Positions 52,738 to 64,000 of a stretch of DNA of 64,000 nt are shown in pieces; the first letter of the stretch is position 1; each line of letters starts with the position of its first letter. The notes beneath the pieces were generated by a model. It searched no databases, was not told where the DNA came from, and saw nothing but the letters and a program-made list of their open reading frames with translations. The translations under genes were made by a program, and so were the position numbers. Source of the DNA: Octopus vulgaris (lineage: Eukaryota); assembly GCA_951406725.2 (NCBI GenBank), contig OX597814.1, positions 207,576,001 through 207,640,000 on the forward strand, written 5' to 3'.

Positions 52738-53710
52738 TCAGAAGAAATGAAAATTCAGGACAGAATAAAGAGTTTGATAATGAAACTTAAGCTTGTCTCC
52801 CCGTTCTTTTATAGCCTCGAACATTTGTATTTCGTTCAATTGTACATTACATGTTATAAGAATATCAATGATAAGGATAAATTATGTCCCTTAATTAAGA
52901 CAGCTTTTAACATTTCTATTAATGTTTAAATGTTTCCTTATTTATGGGACTTTGTTGTTGAGTAACCCAATTTACTTCCCCCTCGCTCTGTCTTTGCTTG
53001 GACATATTTATAGCATATGAGATGAAAGACACAGTTGATACCAACTGTATTTGATCTTCCAGCATTTACTAAGATATAAATGTGTGGATATTGTAAAGCA
53101 TCTCTTACCCACCCCACTACCAATAGTGCCAGATTTAGTGCCCATACATTACAGCAAATAGTGAAAGCAAGAAATAGATGTTTGTATATTATAACTATAG
53201 GTTTCTAGTTATCGCTTGTCTAGAACAAGTGATAAGGCAGCAGCAATTGAAATATCTGATAAATTCATGTTTGGCTTTCCCTTTCAATGTATCTGTGCTG
53301 ATTATGCGAAGAAATGTTTGATCTCCAAGTCTGTTTTGAATGGTCTCCACCATTTATCCTGTATTTATTGTAGGCTTGTCATCCTAAGCATTGAAGATTT
53401 AAAACCTGCTGTCCTGATTTCAATGGCTGGTAGGGAATATGTGGTGTGTGATTTGGCTGTTTCATTTATAAGTTTGGTATAACTACATGGAAACTCATTT
53501 ATAGGCATAAGTATTTCGTTGTATAGAAGCACATGTTTGTTTCTACTTCAAAGTTAATATTTCACTTTACTAATCTCTATATGATGAATAGTTTCAGTTA
53601 TCTTAGGCTAAGCAGAGTCTAATAGTAGTCTTTTGGAAACCTTGCTTCATCCTTAAGGTCAGCAAATATGGTGTCAGTTTCGACTGATTATTCCACTGTA
53701 AAATGATATA

Positions 53711-53948
53711 TATTTCTTTATTGCCCACAAGGGGCTAAACATAGAGAGGACAAACAAGGACAGACAAAGGGATTAAGTCGATTACATCGACCCCAGTGCA
53801 AAACTGGTACTTTTATTTATCGACCCCGAAAGGATGAAAGGCAAAGTCGACCTCGGCGGAATTTGAACTCAGAACGTAGCAGCAAACAAATACCACTAAG
53901 CATTCCGCCCGGCACGCTAACGTGTCTGCCAGCTCGCCGCCTTATACT
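53711..53948 (-). mobile_element. SINE family B, young full-length copy
   Basis: Near-identical to 48239-48468; TSD aaatgatata at 53701 and 53949. Confidence 0.92.
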
Positions 53949-56646
53949 AAATGATATAGCTAATGTACTGGTGTTAGCTAACAGCTGATCTAGGCTACTT
54001 GTGAGCTTCAGTTAGACAAACGGAGGCTTATTTTTGAATTCAAAATTCTAAGTCACTGAAGCACCATCATTTACAAATAGCTGTTATACCAAGTATGATG
54101 ATAGACACAGAATCTATCTTCTTTTAACATCAGTGTCCTTCCTTACTGTTGTCCTCCATCAGGGTCTTGCTCATGGTTTTGGAACAATACCCCCAGTTTA
54201 TTCATATTTGTTAATTTCGCACCTATTTTATGGTTGATTTGTTAGCAATAGTAAGGATATCCATCTGTAAAAAAAGCAATTATTTCAGCAAGCCAGTGAC
54301 GTTTCTGTGTTTCTCAACCTGCTAGAATTAACTGCTTTATCCTCCTCAAATCGTACTCTACCATCTTCAAAGTGAAAGGATACACTGAATAATTTAGAAT
54401 TAAATGCAATATGTAAGAAAAGAAATTACAGAATATAAAAGAAGAAAGAGACAATGATTACAACTGGAATATCGTCGATCATGTTTGTTTGAGCAGGATG
54501 CTGGTCTAGAGTGAAACAACAAGAACTATTTCAACAGAAAAGAAATAATTGTAATAAAATTTAAAAAAGCAAAAAAAAAAAAAGAAAACAAATGGAAAAG
54601 AAAAGTGCATGCATGTTAATGTGGTTAAGTTCACTTTGTAACCATGTGGTTTTGGGTTCAGTTCCACTGCACTGCACTTTGTGTAAATGTCTTGTGAGTG
54701 GATTTGGTTGATGTCTTTCTGTTTGCTTACATTCTCATAACTTAGCAGTCTGATAAAAGAGTCCAATAGAATAGTAGTGGGGGTCAATTTGTCTGACTAA
54801 TCCTATAAGACATTACTCCAGCATGGTCCTAGTTCAATGACTGACATAAGTAAAAGAGTAGAAATATGTACCATACAGATTTAAAGATGTTACTGTAATT
54901 TTTAAAAAATAATTAAATATAAAAAAACAATTGCTCCAACAGTTGATTGCTGTATAATTTCCTCACATTAAATGTTATTAGGATCAAGCAATTGATGTGT
55001 GTAAGTAAGTGTAAATAAGATTCAAACAATACATAGACCACACTGACTTTATACAAGAGGAAGTTCTCTTCAGAAAGTTTTGTAAGGTCAACAAAAGCTG
55101 AAAATGCAAAGTCATCATCTTTAAGCGCTTCTCTTGTGATAGGTTTCTGGGTTATATATATATATATATATATATAATAAAAGGGTAAATAATTTTTTCG
55201 ATGGTTTTTCAGACAACCAACAATTATTTACCGGTAGATTTTGGTATGTAAGTATGACTTTTAGCATCGGGAACTTCTGTAGAGTTCAGTATATATAGTA
55301 TATAAGTAAAAGGGCAAGCAACAGGTTGCTCTGCCGCATACCGAAAGAGTTAGAAATGGCAGTCAGAGACTGTTTAATTCCATTTTCTACAAGTGGGGGC
55401 TCCATATACGACATAACCCTGCGATTCACATACGCAAAATCGGAGTAGCAAATAAACGAAAACAATCCCTTACCGTTAATGGTGAACATGTTTCTAGATT
55501 GTAGAATATATATATCTTATATTGTTGGTTTATGTTTAATAAGTTCTATAACTTTTTTCTCTCTCTCGCACACACACACCAAATTGTATCGGTTAGATAT
55601 GAAGTTGATTCTGAAAGAATACATTAATATTATCCATCGTACAAAGGTGTTCTGTTCTCTCTCTCTTTGATGTTCTGTTGTGTGTGTGTGTAAAGAAAAA
55701 GTGGGATAGCTTTAATATGAAATTATATTGATCCCTTCTTTGAAATTTGCTAACAATGGCCTGATTCCTAAGAGTAGCATTGCTGAGGGTATTCAGCTGA
55801 GTGGAGGTGGTTTTTTTTTTTGGTTTTTTTTTCCTTTATATTCACTGGAAATAGAGAAAATTTATAACTACGAAATTTTTTCGGCTACATCTGTTTTTGT
55901 TTGTTTTTATTTTTTTCTTTCTTTTAGGCTGACTGCTACTTCATTACTATTAGGTTGCAATTGTGAAATAGCTCCAGCAGAAAGGAAAATTTCTGTTTAC
56001 AATCTTAATTGATATACATTATCCATGTACTTTTCTTTTTATTCTAGGAGAAAAAACAAAAAAAAAAAACAAAAAAAAAATGCATTAGAAATAATTTCAA
56101 AATTTATATTTGAGAAATAAGAGGTTTAGTGGGTGGGTTAAATGATAATAATGATTCTATAATACCATTTATAATCTTTTACCAGATTTCCTGTCAATTT
56201 TTGTTGTATGGCTCAGTTTTTTTCCTTTGTCTCTTTTTTTTTTTCTTTATAGAATATTGATTATATTGTTGCTACAATGGCAAAAAAAACATATTCTTTC
56301 CTTCCTCCCTATCTCTCACCCATCGGCTCATTTTATGCTATCAAAAAGGCAACAAGCAGCCACTGATGCCATCCATTGCTGCTGTTAGCATTCTTCTTCC
56401 TAAATTCCATCATTCTTTCTTTTCAAATTGATGAGTTCTGCCTACTTCTCAATCAAATATCTTCAACTTCCTCTCCTCTTTCTCTTTGTATGAAAGGTAC
56501 AAAACTGTCTAATCAACAGCTTTCCAAAATTCAATGTTGTTGTTGCTGTTGTTTAATTTTGTTTTGTTTTGTGTTTTATCTCTCTTACCATTTTGGCAAC
56601 TCGTCCTGGTTTTGTTGACTTTGGTTAGAACCCAGATGTTTGATGA

Positions 56647-56713
<67 letters not shown>

Positions 56714-57127
56714 ACACATAAACATTTTTACTCAATTTGTCTAATAGGAATAACAATACAACTTTCCATCAATTCAAAGTAGTTTTTTTTACTGCCTTCT
56801 ATTTATGTTTTGTGCCTATTATTATATAAATGCATACATAAGAACAGACACGTGTGTGTGAGAGAAATATATAGACTTTTTTTCATCAAATATCTGCCTG
56901 TTGTGATTTTCAACTGATTGTTAATGAGTAATCAGTTCCCATGCTAACAGCCATGATCAATGAGGATTTAAAATAATTGTATGACAAACCAAACAGTTAG
57001 TTCCTTCATCATTTTTCATGCTCTCTTTCAAACAATAAAAAAGAAAACAACAGAAAAGAAAAGAAAGTAATATAGCCCTAAAATTTACCAAATTTCCACC
57101 AGTAGGTGTAAATGTGGATATTAAATA

Positions 57128-57290
57128 GGCGAAGGAGTGGCTGTGTGGTAAGTAGCTTGCTTACCAACCATATGGTTCCGGGTTCAGTCCCACTGCGTGG
57201 CACCTTGGGTAAGTGTCTTCTACTATAGCCTCGGGCCAACCAAAGCCTTGTGAGTGGATTTGGTAGACAGAAACTGAAAGAAGCCCATCG

Positions 57291-57325
<35 letters not shown>

Positions 57326-57530
57326 TTGTGTGTCTGTGTTTTTCCCCCTAGCATTGCTTGACAACCGATGCTGGTGTGTTTATGTCCCCGTCACTTAGCG
57401 GTTCAGCAAAATAGACCAATAGAATAAGTACTGGGCTTACAATGAATAAGTCCCGGGGTCGAGTTGCTCGATTAAAGGCGGTGCTCCAGTATGGCCGCAG
57501 TCAAATGACTGAAACAAGTAAAAAAAAAAA
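57128..57530 (+). mobile_element. SINE family A, full length
   Basis: Same organisation as 9333-9747; A-rich tail. Confidence 0.92.
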
Positions 57531-57582
57531 TGTAAATAGTTCCTCTGTTGGTTCTTTTACAATGTGTGTTCCAGTTGTGTGA

Positions 57583-58090
57583 TCTAGTCTGATCTGGCAA
57601 TATTTCTACAGCTGGATGCCCTTCCTAATGCCAACCATTCTGTGAGTGTAGTGGGTGCTTTTTACTTGCCACCAGCACAGGGCCACAGGGGCTGGCAATG
57701 ACCATGATCCGTTGGTGCTTTTTATGTACCACTGGCACGGGAGCCAGTCAAGGCGGCACTGGCATTGGCCACATTCGGATGGTGCATTTTACGTACCACT
57801 AGCACGGAGATCACAACTACAATTTCCATTTGATTTTAGTTTTGATGTACTTGACTCAACAGGTCTCCTCAAGCACGGCATGTTGCCCTATGATCCAAGG
57901 TACTTTTGAGTGGGCTGGTTATGCAACACTGTTGTAGGTTACAGCTGTGAACTCACTTTATTTTCCGGGTCTTCTCAGTTACAGCTTATCTCCAGAGGTC
58001 CCGGTCTTTTGTCATTGCCTCTGTGAGGCCCAGCGTTCGAAGGTCATGCTTCATCACCTCATCCAATGTCTTCCTGGGTCTCCCTCTACT
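57583..58090 (-). mobile_element. RTE LINE fragment: ORF C-terminus plus 3' UTR with 3 hairpin units
   Basis: The minus strand encodes SRGRPRKTLDEVMKHDLRTLGLTEAMTKDRDLWR*, the typical RTE C-terminus. It runs directly into the gtgccagtggcacgtaaaagcacc-type array. Confidence 0.9.
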
Positions 58091-58339
58091 CTGCATTCCT
58101 TCCACTGCTATCAACTGCTTTTAGTTTCTCCCCCTGGCATGTGATGGAATCTGTTTTCTGAGCATCTGTGGTGTTTATTGCCGGTGTGCATCTGCCGCAC
58201 ACGAAAGCTATCTTCTCGGTTAATCTTCCTTTGATGTTGCTGCACCTTTTATGTGTCCATAGCTTACACTGGGCTCATCTTATGGAGTATCTACCTACAC
58301 CTTTTCTACAGTCAGAAATTAACTCAGCTTTCATAATTG

Positions 58340-58640
58340 CTAACTCTATACTGGCACTTCATCAGTTATGACAATGAGGATTCCAGTTAATGCGATCAAC
58401 TGAACAGCCTCCACATGCACGCATACCCATAACATAGTTCTCAGAGATTCAGCGTGACACAAAGTGTGACAGAGCTGGATCTTCGAATAACAAGTACAAC
58501 TCAATTTTGCCAGCTGAGTGGACTGGAATGACGGAAAATAAACTGTCTTGCTCAAGGACACAATGCACTGCTGGAAATCGAACTCACAACCTTATGATTG
58601 TGAGCTGAATACCCTAACCACTAAACCATGTGCCCTCACT
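58340..58640 (-). mobile_element. SINE family E
   Basis: Minus-strand head gagggcacatggtttagtggttaggg, B box gttcgatttcc, core gtccttgagcaagacag...ccagtccactcagctgg. Confidence 0.85.
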
Positions 58641-60229
58641 AACTCTCTATAAAGCTCAAGAAAGACATGCATTAAACTACAGCTAGCATACATGAAACAG
58701 TACAAACGACATTCCTCACGAAAATCCATCCAGCTAATTTGCGAAGATTGCCAGCACTTTGTAGCCAGTGACCTGCAAATAGGCTTTCTTCCACTTTTTC
58801 TCTAATGACCTCTACATCAACCTCTTCACACTCATATCTCCAAATTCTATCTCTTCTTTCATTATCCTTCCTGTTTGTCTCGGTCTTCAAATCACGTACT
58901 AACCATTTTTCCCCCCAACTATTCTCCCCTAGAGCTGTATTCTGCTACAGTCCCCTTACCTACTCCTGTTCCCTTTTTCTTCAAACATCAACCTATATAG
59001 TTGCATCAATTGCACAAGTCTGCTGGAAGAGCCCTGCAACTGCTGTAGATGCTTCCCTACCTCTCATGATTAAATTATTAATTAATGAAAAGGTATGTGT
59101 GCAGATGGGGATGTTCCACCATTACAGCAATGCTGGTTCATACTACTACTACTACTATTACTACTACTGCTATCTATTTTCATATTTTCTCTTCTCTTTG
59201 GAAATATAGTTTTACTGCCATTTTATACAGAGCATTTCTTTCATAAAATAATTTTCAATTTTACTTTAATGCAATATTTGGCATCCCTTCTTTCACTATC
59301 TACTATATATCACTGGATGCATTCATCTGTGTGCATATGCATGCCTGTTGGATGTTACAATGGGTAAAACTCTCATGTTGCAGAGCATGTCTGCCCCTGT
59401 TCAATATTCAGTTTGACTTTTCCTTTTTTTTTTTCTAATGTTGTTTCTAAAAAAATATTATGTAAATAGAAAATGGGCTCTGTTTGTTGATTTTATTGGT
59501 TACATCTGTGTTATCAAAAGGAAGGGAAACTGATGCTAAACAAAATTCTCTGTGACTCAGACTCTATTTTTTATACTAGTTCGATTGCTTTGAGATGTAT
59601 TGGTATTTATTCCGTAAAAAAAGGCTTTAATGATTTAGCAGGTATCGAATGTGTTTCAATGACTCAGCCAAATGATATTTGTGAAGTGGACACTGAAGCT
59701 GAAAGGAGATAACATTAGTCATTAAAAAATAAAAATAAAAGAAGAATTATTAGCTTAGTTGATGTTTGCAAACTGTTCCTTATTAAGAATTAAAAGGAAC
59801 ACCAATCCCTTTTGGAATCATATTTCAAAAAATTCAGGAAAAAAAAAATAATAAAAGATGCAAAAAAAAATAAATCATCTTGTTTAGAGTAAAATCAGGG
59901 AAAGGGATTTTGAGTTTAATTTTTTTTTGTTTTTCAAGTCTTCAAAATAGATAAAAACCAACAGGTTGAAAATTGTTGTAGTTTAGCTGGTCAGTCTTGA
60001 TTGAACAGAACAGATCTCTGATCAAAGGCATTCCAATTATGACCCTACTGCCTCTTTATGGGTATCTAGAATGGCATTAAGGCTGAGATTTTGCAGATTT
60101 GTTACGGTGTTGGATATAATGCCTTACAGTATTTGTGCCCTCTGCACTCTGAATTCAATTCCTGCTGAGGTAAACTTTACCCTTCATCACTTTTGGGGTC
60201 AATTAAGTACTGATTTAGGGTGGTATGGA

Positions 60230-60648
60230 TACTCTTATACTCTTTTACTTGTTTCAGTCATTTGACTGCGGTCATGCTGGAGCACCGCCTTTAGTCGAGC
60301 AAATCGACCCCAGAACTTATTCTTTGTAAGCCTAGTACTTATTCTATCGGTAATTTTTGCCAAACCGCTAAGTTACGGGGGCATAAACACACCAGCATCG
60401 GTTGTCAAGCGATGTTGGGTGGACAAACACACACATACATTTATATATATATATTTATATATATATTTATATATATACATACATACATACATATATACGA
60501 CGGGCTTCTTTTCAGTTTCCGTCTACCAAATCCACTCACAAGGCCTGAGGCTATAGAAGACACTTGCCCATGGTGCCACGCAGTGGGACTGAACTCGGAA
60601 CCATGTGGTTGGTAAGCAAGCAACTTACCACACAGCCACTCCTGCACC
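60230..60648 (-). mobile_element. SINE family A, full length with a small internal deletion
   Basis: Reverse complement of 57128-57530. Confidence 0.9.
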
Positions 60649-62000
60649 TAGGTGAAGTTGTTAGTGTCAGAAGGGGAATGTCATGAGGGATCTGTTCCAT
60701 CTCTTTGCATTTTGATTGCAACACCTGAAAGCACTGGTACCTAGCTGTGTCATGCTTGCCTTTCCTTTAACAACATTGTGTCTTTTACTTACCTCAGACT
60801 TAGTGGTGTTGGATTAGTTTAATTCCTTGGAAATCAAGCAGTTCAGCAAAGTGTAGTTGATAAAATAAGTACCTGGCTTAAAAAAAAAAAATAAATACTG
60901 GGATAGATTTGTTTGACTTAACTCTTCAATGCAGTACCCCATCATGGCCACAAATTAATGACTGCAATGAGTAGAAGATAGATGATAAAGATTAGTTTGT
61001 TGCCATGCATTTTAATCCCTTCGAAAAAAAATGCTGAATCAAGGGGTGAGTCACTACATCATTGCTTGTCTTGCTAGAAATATCAACCAAATCACTCTGA
61101 AATTCCACTCATAGTATTAAAAAATGGAAGGACACATCAAATAATGTACTCCTCCACAGGTCTTGTGAGACTATGGCTCTGCACCAGGAAAGCTCTTCTG
61201 CAAAGGACAGATTGTTGCTTTTCCTTTATTCCATGGAAACAAACAGTTGCTCAATCATGCAAGTATATGTGTGTGTATGTCTTTGTGTTAGTCCTCTGCC
61301 ACCACTTAATAACTGGTGTTGGTTTGTTTAGAACCCTGTAATATAGCAGTTTGATAAAACAGTTAGAATAAATGCTTGGCTTTAAAAAGGAAAACAAAAG
61401 TACTGGGGTCGATTCATTCAGCTAAAAATTCTTCAAGGCAGTGCCCCAGCATGGCCACAGTCTAAGGACCGAAACAAGTAAAAGATAAAAGATAAGATAC
61501 CTTTATTGGTTTTTGTTTTTGTTAGCCTCTAGTTTTTGAGGCTTTCTTTTTTTTCTTTCTTCAGTCTGAAATTTCAGACTGTAAAAAGGAAAGGAAAAAA
61601 AAACACGACAAAACAAATAAAAGTAAATTTAAAAGAACTTTGAATATAAGTTACCGTTTCTTGTATAACATTTCAGTTTTGAATTAGTTTAAAGTGGTGA
61701 GCACTTGAAGTGTAGGTAGTAAAACCTAAGTTTTGTAATCTCATTTGTTGCTATTTCACTTATTTCCCTAATACACTTCTACTACTACTACTACTACTAC
61801 TGCTACTACTACTACTAGTGCTTCATCTCTTGAAGTCAGTTAATGCATAGGGTAAACATTGCTTAGAGCATCAATGAGGGAGCTCTTAGACAGTCACTCA
61901 ACACCAGTCTAATATTGTTCAGATCACATCGTACTATCATCTGAAAGAACACATTGAATAATGTCATCCTAGATACACTGTATCAGAAAGAGAAAATATA

Positions 62001-62386
62001 TCTTTATATATAAAAGTCAAGTTGTGTGTCTGTCTCCTACGATTTAGATTCCTAACTACTCCCACATTTTGCGGTGCAGTTTAACCAAAACCGGGTATCT
62101 TATAGTCGTGATTCATATCGAGCCCTTCTGGGTATTAGCGTGCATCTACGATTTAAAAAAAAAATTACCATCATTTTTTTCCCTTTTAATGCATTTTTTC
62201 GCTATTATATAAGGGAAGTAACTCTCTAAAAATGTCTACGATGAGTCAACGATTTAAAAAAAAATTTACTATCCTTTTTTTCTATTTTTAATACATTTTT
62301 TTGCTATTTTTTCGCTATAACTCTCTAAAAATGCTTATATAGTTATTTCCCTTACAAACCCGAGCAACGCTGGGCGATACTGCTAG
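62001..62386 (+). mobile_element. Non-autonomous Helitron
   Basis: a|TCtttatatataaaa start; subterminal hairpin cccgagcaacgctggg; ends CTAG|t; no TSD. Confidence 0.88.
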
Positions 62387-62533
62387 TTAATTAATAAAAG
62401 ATAAGACATAACTGGGATACAGTCAATCACATATTTCCTTAGGGTTAATCTGAGTTTGAACAACAAATGCAACTTGTATCTACAAAACTTTTTTTAAATT
62501 TCTGATGTAGAAGTGTAGAGGATTATCATTATT

Positions 62534-63660
62534 AAGGTGGCAAGCTAGCAGAATCATTAGCATGCCAGGTAAAATGCTTATCAGTATTTCACCTGTCTTT
62601 ACGTTCTGAGTTCATATTCTGCCAAGGTTGACTTTGCCTTTCATCCTTTCGGGGTTGATAAATTAAGTACCAGTAAAATAGTGGGGTCGATTTAATTGAC
62701 CAGTCCCTTCCCTCAAAATTTCAAGCCTTGTGCCTTTAGTAGAAAGGATTTTTTTATTATTATGATAAAGAGATAAGCTAGCAGAATCATGAGCATGCCA
62801 GGTAATGCTTAGCGGTATTTCACTCGTCTTTACGTTCTGAGTCCACATTCCGCCGAGGTTGACTTTGCCTTTCTTCCTTCCGGGGTTGATAAATTAAGTA
62901 CCAGTTGAGCATTGGGGTTGATATAATTGACTTAACCCCTCCCCTAAAATTGCAGGCCTTGTGCCAAAAGTAGCAACCATAATTTTATTATTAAGGTAGC
63001 AAGCTGGCAAACTCGTTAGCATGCCGGACAAAATGCTGAGTAGCATTCCATCTGTCTTTACATACTACAAAATTCCACCAATGTTGTCTTTGTCTTTCAT
63101 CCCTTTGGGGTCAAATATGGATGTATTATCTATCTTCCATGAACAGTCAAGCACTGGGGTCAGTACATTCGACTAGCTCCCTTGCCCACAATGTCAGGCT
63201 TTGTGACTATTCTAGAAAGGATTACTATTGTTGAAGTCAGCAAATTGGCAGAAGTTTTGGCATGCTGGAAAAAATACCTTACGTTCTGTGTTCAAATTCT
63301 GCCAAGACCAACTTTGCCTTTTATCCCTATTGGGGTCTCTAAAATCAGTAGCAGTCGAGCACTGGGGTCGATGCAATCAACTAGCCCCCTCCCCCAAAAT
63401 TTCAGGCCTTTTGCCTATAGTAAAAAAGACTAAGACGGCGAGCTAGCAGAATTATTAGTACATCAAGCGAAAGGCTTAGTGACATTTAGTCCACCTTTAC
63501 ATTCTGAATTCAAATTCTGCCGAGGTTGACTTTGCTTTTAATCCTTTCGGGGTTGATAAATTAAGCACCAGTTGAATAGTGGAATCAAGGTAATTGACTT
63601 GACCCCTCCCCTAAAATTTGCTGGCCTTGTGACAAAATTTGAAACCATTATTATTACTAT
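62534..63660 (+). mobile_element. Head-to-tail array of five family B SINEs
   Basis: Heads (aaggtggcaagctagcagaa-like) at ~62534, ~62770, ~62992, ~63233 and ~63432. Each is followed by the core and an att-rich tail. Confidence 0.9.
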
Positions 63661-64000
63661 TTTGTTTTACTTTGAAACATAAATTTTGTTCCTTTTTACT
63701 TAAATATGTAAACAAATATTTGCACTCAGTTTCCTTCATACTTTATATATATATATATATAATTAGATATAATTCTTAATTTTCTTTTTCTTGCAGTATT
63801 TAGTTATATCCCTTAATGTTTTTAGTCTAAATCCACCCATGTTCAACTCCACTTTCTGTCGTTTTGTACAGAAATCAATTCAGCTGGTTCTTTCCACATC
63901 TTAAAAATTGTAGGCTTTCACTTATATTTTAAAATCATTATTAATTTTATATATTTCTTTACTGAAATTTTATATCATTCTTCAGTGAAAATTGAGGGAT

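Noticed and set aside
52438-52929. His/Thr- and Cys/Val-rich ORFs
   Set aside because: They translate the (CA)n microsatellite.
55180-55500. CpG-containing segment after (TA)n as an exon or ncRNA
   Set aside because: No splice pair or intact RNA motif. It is probably a repeat fragment that I cannot classify.
58805-59209. 134-aa ORF
   Set aside because: Low-complexity sequence, probably a decayed LINE 3' end plus (TAC)n; no recognisable domain.

Overview
Eukaryotic, AT-rich, microsatellite-laden, almost entirely non-coding DNA. The repeat complement most resembles an octopod cephalopod (Octopus) genome; this rests on my recall of the repeat families, not on a search. None of the listed ORFs is a credible gene: they come from microsatellites, SINEs or off-frame LINE fossils. 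The window is a mosaic of three tRNA-headed SINE families, 5'-truncated RTE LINE 3' ends, fossil LINE coding fragments (CR1/Jockey-group RT, R4/Dong RLE, RTE AP-endonuclease, Penelope GIY-YIG), two non-autonomous Helitrons, TTAA-flanked piggyBac-type MITEs and a hAT end. The only good host-gene signal is one 47-nt + strand exon at 42734-42780, so the window may be mostly large introns. The most unusual structures are: a ~360-bp-arm inverted repeat at 1.3-2.3 kb with splice-like signals on both arms; a near-perfect foldback built on an RTE tail at 47.4-47.6 kb; a variable-copy hairpin array in the RTE 3' UTR; hammerhead-like motifs; a head-to-tail SINE array; and a patchwork tandem duplication that may be an assembly artefact. 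I cannot demonstrate a new biological system from sequence alone. Coordinates of degenerate repeats are approximate.
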